Origin: Candidatus Altimarinota bacterium
Lineage (GTDB): Bacteria; Patescibacteriota; Gracilibacteria; UBA1369; GCA-2718715
Assembly: GCA_041242255.1 (NCBI GenBank)
Contig: JBESAV010000001.1
Span: 416,001 to 480,000, forward strand
Direction of reading: 5' to 3'
DNA length: 64,000 nucleotides
A program made the translations under genes and the position numbers. Under the pieces are notes generated by a model. The model ran no database searches. It saw nothing but the letters and a program-made list of their open reading frames with translations, and was not told the DNA's origin. Below, one piece after another: positions 30,194 through 40,800 of this stretch (position 1 is the stretch's first letter; every line of letters starts with the position of its first letter).

Positions 30194-30697
30194 CTACATC
30201 AAGTCTTTCTCTATCTCATCCAAAGTCTTACCATAGGCTTCTATCGAGTTTAGACCTTCTTTTCTGTAGTTTTCATACATGTCTATGTATTTACCAGTAA
30301 AAGTATAAATAGAGTAATATTTGGAATGCTCACCAGCAAAACCTTTGTCTTGAGCTATTTTTGCTAACCTCTGAGCTATTTCAAAAACATTTTTAGCATC
30401 ATGATATTCTTCAATTTCCTCCTTTCTTAGAAGTGTTCTTTTTTCATCATATTCAGTCTCATTATCTAACTCAAGAATCCTTACAGCAGCATCCAATTTA
30501 TCCTTAATACTACTTTTTCTCTTATTTTCAACTTTATCTCCAGTTCCTAGTATAGACATCCTTCTCTGAAGCTCTTCCTGCACTTCAGCAATACTATGAA
30601 TTCCTGCATATCCCTTTTCTAAATCTTCTTGTTTTTTAACTTCTGCTGCAAAACTTTCATCTAGAATTACTTTTGGTTTATTATTTTCTGACATCAT
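30194..30697 (-). CDS. hypothetical protein
   Basis: 167-aa ORF; no motif recognised. Confidence 0.65.
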   Translation of the reverse strand: MMSENNKPKVILDESFAAEVKKQEDLEKGYAGIHSIAEVQEELQRRMSILGTGDKVENKRKSSIKDKLDAAVRILELDNETEYDEKRTLLRKEEIEEYHDAKNVFEIAQRLAKIAQDKGFAGEHSKYYSIYTFTGKYIDMYENYRKEGLNSIEAYGKTLDEIEKDLM

Positions 30698-30772
30698 AAA
30701 TATTAAATAATCATATAATTATACTACAACTCCTCAAAAAACCCAACCACATGCCGAAATACAAAGCTAAGA

Positions 30773-31426
30773 CTAATTAGAAACTCTAACCAAAACTTCA
30801 CTTCGTTTCAAAAACCAAGGAGTCAAAGGTGGATCATAATAAGCAAAAGATGTTTCCCCAATCATATAATCACTTTCTTGTAGCTCAGTTATAAGCTCTT
30901 GCTTGGCTTCTTTCATTTTTTGATCAGTAGAACGACCCCTTACCGTTTTCACAGCAAAAAGGGGAGTATCAACTCTTTCTAATTCAACTCTATCATCGTT
31001 AGGTACTGGTAATGTCTCCAATGTATATTTGCTAGGCATTACAAAACTCACATATTTTTTCCCATCAACTACTTCACTCGAAACTGGGCTAGTCATTTTT
31101 ATTTCTTCAGAGTTTTCAGTACTACTCAAGACTGGGGAAGTCATCTTTATCTCTTCACTCAGATTTTCATTAGCAGAAGTATTATTACCAAAAATATAAT
31201 CAGCCAAAATAACAAACCCTTCATTCAAACCATCCTGCCCATCTCTCTCTACTTCAACTTTAGCCACAATGTAACTCTCATACTGCCTTATCTCATATCC
31301 ATTTTTTTCCTCAACCACTTCATATACAGGTTTCTCCAAGAAATAACCTTGATAGATGCTATATCCAACTGACCAAACCAATAATACAATGGCTACAAAC
31401 CCCAAAAAATATAAAAAATATTTCAT
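30773..31426 (-). CDS. SOUL heme-binding family protein
   Basis: EKPVYEVV, YEIRQY, GF.ILADYIFGNN, IKMTSPV twice, SFVMPSKY, YDPPLTPWF.RSEV. Confidence 0.9.
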   Translation of the reverse strand: MKYFLYFLGFVAIVLLVWSVGYSIYQGYFLEKPVYEVVEEKNGYEIRQYESYIVAKVEVERDGQDGLNEGFVILADYIFGNNTSANENLSEEIKMTSPVLSSTENSEEIKMTSPVSSEVVDGKKYVSFVMPSKYTLETLPVPNDDRVELERVDTPLFAVKTVRGRSTDQKMKEAKQELITELQESDYMIGETSFAYYDPPLTPWFLKRSEVLVRVSN

Positions 31427-31440
31427 CTAAACCTGTTAAA

Positions 31441-33321
31441 TTATTCTAGAACAGCCTTAATTCTTCGGATTCCTTTACCAGAACTTTTCTCTTTTTTAAT
31501 CTTAAAAGTACCCATCCCCTTGGTATTTTCTACATGCGGTCCTCCACATATCTCAAAGGAATAATCACCAATCCAATAAACACTTACCTCATCATCGTAT
31601 TTATCAGTAAATAAACCAATAGCTCCTTTCTCTTTAGCTTCTTCAACTGACATTTTTGCAGTTTTCACCTCTAGTCCACGCTCTATCTGATGATTTACAA
31701 TTTCTTCTACTTTAGCTTTCTGCTCATCAGTCATTGCTTCATCATAATTAAAGTCAAACCTCAGTCTCTCCGGAGTAATATTTGAACCCTTTTGATTTAC
31801 CTCGTCACCAAGCACGTCTTTCAAAGCCTGGTGCATCAAATGAGTAGCTGTATGTAAGCGTGTAGTAGCCTCAGAGTTATCTGCCAATCCACCTTTAAAT
31901 TTCTGCTCAGCCCCAGCTCTAGATTTTTCCTGATGCTTTTCAAAGGCTTTATCATATCCTCTCTCGTCTACTTCAAAACCATTTTCACGAGCTAGTTCTT
32001 TAGTCATCTCAAGAGGGAAACCATAAGTGTCGTAAAGCTTAAACGCAACCTTTCCAGATATAGTTGTATTGTTAAATTCCTTCATCTTTTCTGCTACTTT
32101 TTCAAATTCTTTCTGACCAGTTTTTAAAGTTTTACTAAATTGCTCTTCTTCTTTCAAAAGCTCATTTAAAATCATTGCAGAGTTTTCTTCTAGTTCCGTA
32201 TAATGATGTTTGTATTCTTCGATAAACTTCTCAGCAATCCTTACCAAAAATTGTTCTTCAATCCCAAGCCTATGAAGATGTCTTACCGCACGTCTTATAA
32301 GCTTTCTCAAAACATAACCTTGATCCTTATTTGATGGAGTAACCGATGTCACAGGGTCTCCAATCATAAATACCGCTGCCCTTACATGGTCAGCAATAAT
32401 CCTTTTTGATTTCTCAGCTTCAGACACTCCAGCAAACTCAGATTCTCCCATCTTATCAACAACTGCAGAGTCAGCAGCTTGTTCTAAAAGCTCCATTACT
32501 GGTTTAAATAACTCAGTCTCATAAGCAGAGGAAACTCCTTGTAAAGCAGCAGTTGTTCTTTCTAGTCCCATACCGGTATCTATATTTTTCTTTTCTAGCT
32601 CAAAACAATTACCATCAGAATCCCTATAAAACTGCATAAATACGTTATTCCAAATCTCCATATATAAGTCAGCTTCATCATTTACATGGTACTCTCCATT
32701 CAAAAACTTCTCATCTTCTACGTCACCCATATAGTAAAAAATCTCAGTATCAGGTCCACAAAGACCAACTGGTCCTAGATCCCACCAATTTTCTTCAACT
32801 CCAAAGAAGTAAATCCTATTCATATTCCCATCACCAGCTGTGCATTCAGAGGCTCTTACAAATCCCAAGCTTTCCCACACCTTTGCCGCTTCTTCATCCT
32901 TAGGAGCATTTTCATCACCTTCAAAACATGTGACACATATACGACGAGCATCTAGCCCAAGACCACCTTCAGCTTTAGGTGCAGTCAAAAATTTCCAACT
33001 CATCTCAATCGATTCTTTTTTGAAATAGTCACCCAGGGACCAATTTCCAAGCATTTCAAAGAAAGTATGATGCGAATTATCACCAATTTCATCTATGTCA
33101 TTTGTACGAATACATTTCTGAGAGTTCACAAGCCTTGATCCAGAAGCATGCTCTTTACCCATAAGATAAGGAATAAGCGGTTGCATTCCAGCAGTATTAA
33201 AAAGCACAGTCGGGTCATTTTCTGGTACAACTGATGCAGATCCAATTTCTGCATGATCAAAATTCTTAACAAAAAAGTCGATATATTTACGGCGAAGCTC
33301 TCGAGCCAACATAGTATTCAA
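31441..33321 (-). CDS. alaS: alanine--tRNA ligase, short form lacking the C-Ala domain
   Basis: DPTVLFNTAGM, HHTFFEMLGN, DTGMGLER, LYDTYGFP, HTATHL, EICGGPHV; ends at GIRRIKAVLE. Confidence 0.96.
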   Translation of the reverse strand: MNTMLARELRRKYIDFFVKNFDHAEIGSASVVPENDPTVLFNTAGMQPLIPYLMGKEHASGSRLVNSQKCIRTNDIDEIGDNSHHTFFEMLGNWSLGDYFKKESIEMSWKFLTAPKAEGGLGLDARRICVTCFEGDENAPKDEEAAKVWESLGFVRASECTAGDGNMNRIYFFGVEENWWDLGPVGLCGPDTEIFYYMGDVEDEKFLNGEYHVNDEADLYMEIWNNVFMQFYRDSDGNCFELEKKNIDTGMGLERTTAALQGVSSAYETELFKPVMELLEQAADSAVVDKMGESEFAGVSEAEKSKRIIADHVRAAVFMIGDPVTSVTPSNKDQGYVLRKLIRRAVRHLHRLGIEEQFLVRIAEKFIEEYKHHYTELEENSAMILNELLKEEEQFSKTLKTGQKEFEKVAEKMKEFNNTTISGKVAFKLYDTYGFPLEMTKELARENGFEVDERGYDKAFEKHQEKSRAGAEQKFKGGLADNSEATTRLHTATHLMHQALKDVLGDEVNQKGSNITPERLRFDFNYDEAMTDEQKAKVEEIVNHQIERGLEVKTAKMSVEEAKEKGAIGLFTDKYDDEVSVYWIGDYSFEICGGPHVENTKGMGTFKIKKEKSSGKGIRRIKAVLE

Positions 33322-33404
33322 ATTACAGTCAAGCCGATTCTAACACTTAGTTTTCACCTTTTAAAGAACATTTTCTACTATGTATCTAATCTTAGAAACC
33401 AATC

Positions 33405-35036
33405 ATGGCCAAGAAAAAAAAGCAAAAAAAGTCAAAAGTTGAACAGACAAAAAAAGCTACCCAAAAAAAGATCAATGATGCCCAAGCAAAACCAACCAAA
33501 GATGTAGATAACTCATCTGAAAAGTTCATCGACCACCTAAACACAATTTTCAGAAGTCAATTTTCCCGCGGAGTTCTATCTTTCACAATTTTACTAATAC
33601 TCGGATATTCACTTTATAGCTACACACAACACAAACTCTACCAGGGCACATTAGTCAATCTTCTTCCAGCAGATACTACCTTTGCTTTCCTTGAGGTAAA
33701 CCAAAATTTATATTTAGACCAAGTCAAAAGACTCTCTAATCACAAAAATCAAGAAGAGATAAGGCAGCTTATCGATCCTGAAACATCCCTTCTCAACCAA
33801 ACCAACATTACTCCAGTACTCAATAGAGCCCTCAAAAAAAATCTATCTATCCAGTATTCTCAAGATCAAAAAAAATACCTTTTCTTATACAAACTACTCC
33901 CAGAAGATGCAGAAAAAATAAAATTCCCAGTCAGAGTAATTCAAACCAAATCCGATCAAAAATGGTACTACTCAAAAAAAGGGGATATACTATCTATCTC
34001 AAACGACAAAACAATCAGCAAAAATCCATTCCAAGAATTACCAAAGTTCACAAACCAAAGAGCCTTCCTAGATTCTAGCCTAAATATTCCTCAACAGAAC
34101 TTAGCCTGGTTCAGCATCAACCATAGCTTCATACCTGAGCTATCCTCAGACCCACTTTTCCCTAACAATAAACTTTCTAGTCTTAAAGCAATTTCTCCAA
34201 TATTTGGATTTACTAGTGGATATTTCAATGTAAATACACAAGGTTTATTAGTTGGAACCTATACCAATCCAAACCCAAACCTTAACCTAACACTTAGCCC
34301 ATTACGACAATTGGACAAATTCCAATCAAACCTTCAGCAGTACACACCACCACTTCAGTCTTTAGACTTTATAATATCCGGGACAGAAATATCTACGATG
34401 ACTCAACACTTCACAGACAAATCTCCTGAAATTCTAATAAGCCTCCAAAACATTGCTACACGCCACAATTTATCTCCCCAAAACCAAGCTACAATCCAAG
34501 AAATTCTTCAAAATGAGTATTTAGTTTACAAACAAGAGGATTCTTATTCTTTACTCCTACCAAAGCAAAACCCAGAAACAGAAACTCAAATTCTAGATAT
34601 ATTCTCAAATCTTGAAGCTTACTATTCACCGACTATCAACTCTTACCTTCTGGAAGACAACACTCGTGCCAGAACCAAAGTTCCATCAGAGCCAGTTATT
34701 CGTGAACCAAACGAGGATCAATTACATACTTTCAACATGAAAGAGCTATCCACCCAGGTCCATGTAGACTTTTCTCATCCTCAATATATCCAGATAACCT
34801 ACAATCCTCCAACTACTCAAACAATCTCTCAACCAAAACAAACTTCAGTCGAGCCAGAAAATCCAGATTTCTTCCAGAATCTATTGCCTCAAGGTAGTAG
34901 CCATATCTACATGTCACAAGACCAAGTTTTAGAGCTAATTACTGAAGAAGACCTTAGTTTTTACCCATTTAATGTAAACTCTTCCACTTACTTTTTTGAT
35001 GATGGTATTCAAGCCTTATTCCAATTAACATGGTAA
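33405..35036 (+). CDS. membrane-anchored hypothetical protein (DUF3352-like layout)
   Basis: Basic N-terminus, one TM helix, then a LLPADTTFAFLEVN motif. Confidence 0.65.
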   Translation: MAKKKKQKKSKVEQTKKATQKKINDAQAKPTKDVDNSSEKFIDHLNTIFRSQFSRGVLSFTILLILGYSLYSYTQHKLYQGTLVNLLPADTTFAFLEVNQNLYLDQVKRLSNHKNQEEIRQLIDPETSLLNQTNITPVLNRALKKNLSIQYSQDQKKYLFLYKLLPEDAEKIKFPVRVIQTKSDQKWYYSKKGDILSISNDKTISKNPFQELPKFTNQRAFLDSSLNIPQQNLAWFSINHSFIPELSSDPLFPNNKLSSLKAISPIFGFTSGYFNVNTQGLLVGTYTNPNPNLNLTLSPLRQLDKFQSNLQQYTPPLQSLDFIISGTEISTMTQHFTDKSPEILISLQNIATRHNLSPQNQATIQEILQNEYLVYKQEDSYSLLLPKQNPETETQILDIFSNLEAYYSPTINSYLLEDNTRARTKVPSEPVIREPNEDQLHTFNMKELSTQVHVDFSHPQYIQITYNPPTTQTISQPKQTSVEPENPDFFQNLLPQGSSHIYMSQDQVLELITEEDLSFYPFNVNSSTYFFDDGIQALFQLTW

Positions 35037-36940
35037 ACCAAAACAAATTTTTCTATTTCATTGTTTCACTACTAATAGTCTTTTTTGTTTTAAATATATT
35101 CTCTTCAGCTCTAAACATATCTCAAATAACCAAACTAAATTTAAGCTCTCTAAGAGAAGCAGTTTCCTCTATATCCTCAGCCAAAGACAATACCCAAAGT
35201 TTAAATCTCGAAGAAGCCTCAAAAAATTTCACTCAAGCTAGCCAGTATTTCCAGGATTTAAAAGATTCATCGATTTACTTCGAAAACGATCTTTTATCTC
35301 CTCAAGAAATATCCCAAGCCGGACTAATATTAAGTAGGTTAGGAGAAAACTTAACCAATTCAGTAGCAAACCTAAAAGCCTTGCCAACTGAAATGTTTGA
35401 GATAAACAAGCAGGTCTTTTTAGGTGAAACACAATCCAAAAGATCCCAGTCTTTAACTACCCAAATTTCCCAAACCAAATCCACCATCGAGCTATCAATC
35501 TCTCAAGCAACTCAAGCTTCACAACTACTATCAGACCAATCCTACCAATTACTGCCTCCAAAACTTAAAAATGAATACAAGGACGCCCTACAAAAGCTAG
35601 ACCAAGTCCAAACAATCCTTCAAAGAGTAGACGCCCTTTTAGCAGGAACATTAGATTTACTAGGACATCGGACGCCACATCGTTACTTAGTACTCCTTCA
35701 AAATCAAAATGAGCTACGCCCACTCGGCGGTTTCTTAGGAAGTGTGATGTCATTCCAGGTAGATCAAGGAATCATAACTGATATTAATTTCCAAGATATA
35801 TACGACATCGATGGTCAGGCTCAAAAAACTTTAGATGTGCCACCAGAGTTCCAAGGTTTCTCTACAGAGATTTTCTCAAGAGATGCCAACTACAGCCCAA
35901 TTCCAGAGGTATCCATCCAAAAAATCCAAAACTTATTCAGCCACTCTAAGCAAACAAACTACAGATCATACATCATTCTAAATCATAATTTTCTAGCTAA
36001 GCTTCTTGAAAAAGCAGGCCCACTCTCTTTGCAAATTGACGGTAAAACCTATCAAATAACTTCAACTAATTTTTCACTTATTCTCAACACCATTGTTGAG
36101 ATCGAACAAAACAAAGATGTTGTAAACAAGATATTGGAAGATACCCAAACACACATTTTTCAAAACATATCTCAAGAAGATTTATTTCAAGTTATTTACA
36201 CATCAATTCAAGATAGAGATCTACAATTCTTTACTCTAAACCAAACCATCCAAAGCGAGATCGACAAAGCACCACTTTACAAACCAATATCCATCAACAC
36301 ACCACCCGAAACAGATTATCTTTTAGTCACAGAAACCAACATCGGGGGAAACAAGTCTGACCAATACATGCAGACAAACATTACCCACTCAACTAAGTTT
36401 TCTTCCAATCAAATCCTCAACACCATCAATCTATCCAAAACCCACACGTACTCAAATCAAACTGAAATCATCAATAATTCTATACTCCAGTCCAACAACA
36501 TACCTTCAATCCCTGATGAATTACGATTTATATTAGGAAGAGGGGACAATAAAACAATGACTAAACTGTATATCCCAGAGGGTTCAACCTTAGTAAGCTA
36601 TGAGGGTGATTTTACTAAAGATCCAGAAGTTTACCGAGACACAGATTTTCAAAAAACATATATATTATTCGAAACCCAAACAGCTCCAGGCCAAACCTCA
36701 AACGTTCAGATTACCTACAGACCAAAACTAAAAATACCTAATCAAAAAGTACAAACCTACCAGCTCCTTCTTCAAAAACCATCCGGATTTAGTTTCCAAT
36801 TCCAGAAAGAATTAGTTACTGACCAAACCATCAGGTTAAACACTCCAAACTTCCAAACCACTCAAAACCAACCCTTCAAAATCTCATCAACTACTCAAAG
36901 AATAAATCAAGATACCACATTCCAAAACTACTTCTATTGA
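35030..36940 (+). CDS. DUF4012 domain membrane protein
   Basis: YLVLLQNQNELRPLGGFLGS, DIYDIDGQ, RDANYSP, NIGGNKSD. Confidence 0.85.
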   Translation: MVNQNKFFYFIVSLLIVFFVLNIFSSALNISQITKLNLSSLREAVSSISSAKDNTQSLNLEEASKNFTQASQYFQDLKDSSIYFENDLLSPQEISQAGLILSRLGENLTNSVANLKALPTEMFEINKQVFLGETQSKRSQSLTTQISQTKSTIELSISQATQASQLLSDQSYQLLPPKLKNEYKDALQKLDQVQTILQRVDALLAGTLDLLGHRTPHRYLVLLQNQNELRPLGGFLGSVMSFQVDQGIITDINFQDIYDIDGQAQKTLDVPPEFQGFSTEIFSRDANYSPIPEVSIQKIQNLFSHSKQTNYRSYIILNHNFLAKLLEKAGPLSLQIDGKTYQITSTNFSLILNTIVEIEQNKDVVNKILEDTQTHIFQNISQEDLFQVIYTSIQDRDLQFFTLNQTIQSEIDKAPLYKPISINTPPETDYLLVTETNIGGNKSDQYMQTNITHSTKFSSNQILNTINLSKTHTYSNQTEIINNSILQSNNIPSIPDELRFILGRGDNKTMTKLYIPEGSTLVSYEGDFTKDPEVYRDTDFQKTYILFETQTAPGQTSNVQITYRPKLKIPNQKVQTYQLLLQKPSGFSFQFQKELVTDQTIRLNTPNFQTTQNQPFKISSTTQRINQDTTFQNYFY

Positions 36941-37809
36941 AATAATACATTGAAGTAACTTGTTGTATTAGCATAATGTCCAGTATATTCATAAGAATTA
37001 GTATAACCAATAATCTCTGGATCTTTTTTCATCAAGCGAGCAAGCTCAACTCCAATCAAAAGTGAAGGAGGGGAGTCTACATTATCAATTTTCAAATCTT
37101 CAACATCCATCGACATAATAGCCTCACGAGTCTCCTGATCATAAACACCCGCCTGATTTACAGTCCTGTAATGATTAAAATCAACACTGATCACAAACTT
37201 TGCTTCATCATAATATTTAGTCAGAAATTTTGCCAACTCACGACTTTCCTTGTTCCCAGCTGAAGAGGACACAGATATAGGAACTATCCTAGCTTCAGGA
37301 TTTGTCATTTTTATATAATCAGCTTGCACTCCAATAGAGTGTTCTTTTTCAAAACAACCAGGCTCCATATTCACAAACCCACTTTCAACCAATTCTTCAA
37401 CAATACTCGGCTCACTCTCTAACAATCCAAAATTAGTTTTATAATCATGGTCTCCAGTGCTGAAAACATCCTCACATTTTTCCGGATGGTCAGGTCCAAT
37501 TACAATAAAAAGATCATCTTCATCACTCAAAAATTGCTCATAAAACTCACCAACAAAATCAGCTGCCACAGGCAAATGATGCGAGGTTATACCAATTCTA
37601 CTTGTTGATTCTTCTATGCTTTCTGGCCTACTAAAACTTCTCTCTATAGCCAGCTTATATTTAGAGTTATTACTATCTATCACTAGGTTTCCAACTTCAA
37701 TACTTTGAAGTGAACTTTCCTGAAAAGGGGAGTCCACTCCAGCGTAGCCCTGGCATCCAGCCAAGGCTACTAAACTAAGAATTAAGATACTAGGTTTATA
37801 GGTTTTCAT
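36934..37809 (-). CDS. MEMO1/AmmeMemoRadiSam protein B-fold lipoprotein
   Basis: Lipobox LAGC; SHH, IGPDH, EHSIGVQ and SVDFNHY motifs. ATG overlaps the A2M stop (TAATG). Confidence 0.82.
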   Translation of the reverse strand: MKTYKPSILILSLVALAGCQGYAGVDSPFQESSLQSIEVGNLVIDSNNSKYKLAIERSFSRPESIEESTSRIGITSHHLPVAADFVGEFYEQFLSDEDDLFIVIGPDHPEKCEDVFSTGDHDYKTNFGLLESEPSIVEELVESGFVNMEPGCFEKEHSIGVQADYIKMTNPEARIVPISVSSSAGNKESRELAKFLTKYYDEAKFVISVDFNHYRTVNQAGVYDQETREAIMSMDVEDLKIDNVDSPPSLLIGVELARLMKKDPEIIGYTNSYEYTGHYANTTSYFNVLFQ

Positions 37810-40800
37810 TATCTGATAGTTATATTTCCATCTTCTCCTCTAGCCACATTATCAGCATCATACTCTTTGATTTGGGCACCTTGCACTTTAAATTCTCCAT
37901 CAGATACAACTCTAGCAAAGTAACTTATCTCACCATCATTACAGTTGTTATAACGCTCTAAAGAGTAACTAGATCGACTGAAAGTAATCACATTCCCAAC
38001 ACTCTTACCTCCATACCAATTATAACTACATGTCTCACTATTAAATTGATACCTAGTCACATTATTTATCACTGGTCTTAATCCAGAAGGTAAATAATCA
38101 ATAATCTGGTAATTCTTATATTCATCTTCATTGTAAATAGAGTCTTCAATATCTATCACAACTCGAACCAAGTCACCACTTTCAAACTGACTCGTTTCTA
38201 CTCCATCCACAAGATACCTCTTACTTATACTTAGATTTTGACTATTCCCAGCTAGGTCACCACTTTCTCTATAGCTAGCTACAAGCATTACCTCTCCATC
38301 AATACTTTCAACTTCCAGAGCCTCAGCTTGAGCTTTAGTTATCTTCTCATATCTCGAGAATCCATCACTCAAGTCAAACTCCATAACCTCATCTCCAATC
38401 CTTAAACTAACCAAAGACTCAACCAACTCAACATTTGATATAACTTTTTCCATTGCCATCACACCAGCAATACCATACACAGAACCATCACTTTCAAATA
38501 CTTCCAAAGCCTCTCCATCTACAGGCAAACCAATTCTAGCTCTCAAAAGATTATTTAACTGAGTAAACTGACCCTCTACTAAGTCACTCGAGATAGAGTT
38601 GTTATACATCGCTCTAGCACCTTCTTTATCTCCCATCTTCTCAAGCCCAAGCGCTACATATATTTCACCAAGTTTAGTATTCTCAGAGCTTCTAGCTACT
38701 TCTTTAAGTTCAGCCAAAACATTTTCTCCCAAACTTGCTAATCCATATAAGGCAATAGAGGTTCTCTCAATGTCTGCAGTCTTGTTAACCATCTGCTCTC
38801 TTAGATAACTAGAAGTCTTAGCTTTCAAAATATCATCCCCAAGAATATCAGAGACTAAAGCTGTTAATTCCAGGTCAGCATCACCATAAGTAAACAACGC
38901 CAATCCATTATTATCAGGCACATAGTAATCATTCAGATTCAAATCAATTTTTTCAGGTTCATTATTCCCAAACTGTTCACTCATCAAATCAACAATGTAG
39001 TTTCTTGTTACAATCTGATCCAACCTATTATTCACAACATAAAGTCCAGATCTCAACTCAGGTAAAAATTTACCTTTCCCAACTGTAGCTAATTCTAGAT
39101 CAACCATTCCCTCAGCAGGAACCTCTAGTCCAACTGCTCCAGTACTATCAATCAACACATCCTCAAATGCTAATCTTTGACCATATGATTCAATCACCTC
39201 AAAAGGCAATACCAATGTGTCAGCATTATCTCCCTGTCTTACAGTCAACTTAGCTTCGTGTATCCCAAGTTGAAGTTCTTCGATCTGGAAACCATAAGAA
39301 GTTTCACTACTAGTAACCTCTTCCAAAATCCCTAGCGATTCAATTTCCAAAACATAATCAATCTCATCTCCAATCACCAAGTCCTCCCCATAAGCTCTGA
39401 TCTCCATAACTGGTTTATCCTCTAGCAGGTAAGTGTCATTAATACTCGTTGCAGCAAACACAGGCAAGCTAACAGGCACTTTTATGTTATCTTGCCCAGC
39501 CAAAATTCTTTCATTTTCAAATGCCTTTGCTGAGATCCTCCATGAAGTTAAGTTATCAGGAAGATCAAAGAAAGCAGTTGCACTACCACCAGCATTTGTT
39601 TCGAAAGTATCAAACAAGCTTACATCTTTAAACTCAGATCTTTCAGCTCCACCTTTCTCAGCATTATGTACATAAATCCCATCCGCAAAGTATGTATGGG
39701 TTTTATCTACATTCAAGTTATACACTCTAGTTGCAGGCTTATTTACATATTCAATTTTTTCAATCCTAACAATCTCTCCATTTTCTCCAATCAATTCATC
39801 TCCAACCTCAGCCATCCCAGCCAATCTCCATTTTCCATTTAAGAAGATTTCATGTTCACCTGTTACTTCCAGCTCATCATTAATAATCATGTAACCATCT
39901 ACCAAATAGCTATGAACACCTTGCACAGTTACAATCTTCTTATTACCAGAATTTTCATTAGCGAAGCTCAAGACTTGGTCTCCAACTCGAACCTCCTCAA
40001 TCGGTTTACTTTCACCATTCGACATTAATACCATTGTCCCAGGTAAGAAACATCCTCCTTGCTCAGCACCAGCATCCATATTAGCCGCTTCAAGGCGTTC
40101 ATTTTTATTTGCCCCACTTTGCGGACTATCAATATTATCAATGTACAAAGTACTTAATATATCTTTCTCATACTCATAAGGTAAAACATGGAATAATGCC
40201 TCATCCACAGAAGCCAGGTTAACTTCAGCCTTTACCGGATCACCATTCACATCAGTTACTTCCATCTCAATCTCAACTCTTTCTCCAGGTCTATATCTAT
40301 CCTTGTCTGTTTGCATGTTTATGGAAAGCTCACTTTGCAATTCATCATACGAAGCAATCACTCTATTTGTATCCTCAAATCCAGTCTCAGTCAAAACAAC
40401 AGCCTGGTAAGCAAACCCAGGAATAAACTCTTCTTTAAATACTTTCGATACATTCTCCGAAGGAGTAACCTCAAAATCATCTATTGCAGTCTGGTACCCA
40501 TAGTATAAGTACTCCTCAGATTGTAGAGTCTTCTCTTCTGGAACATCCAATTCAAGCTCAAACTCTTCGCCTATTTTCAATTCAGGCTCCTGAGATCTAC
40601 TATTCAAGCTCAAAGTGATCCTTGAATCATCATAGAAACCAAAAGATCTATATCCTATATAGTTTTTAGTTTCAAAATTCACACCTCTGTCATCAGTCGA
40701 ACTTAAGATCACATAGTAAGAAGTATATAGATCTTTCTGTTGTTCAGTTGGCTCAAAGGTAAACTCAAATTCACCCTCACCATTTGTAACACCTTGCTTA

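Noticed and set aside
31080-31170. EEIKMTSPV tandem repeat in the SOUL protein
   Set aside because: Repeated IxMTxPV segments are common in bacterial SOUL proteins.
31441-33321. alaS as a truncated pseudogene
   Set aside because: Catalytic and editing domains are intact and the ORF ends cleanly; short AlaRS forms are known in reduced genomes.
39663-40052. Canonical mobile intein
   Set aside because: The +1 residue is Ala, not Cys/Ser/Thr, there is no homing endonuclease, and the host is an exported protein; this fits a BIL-type Hint.
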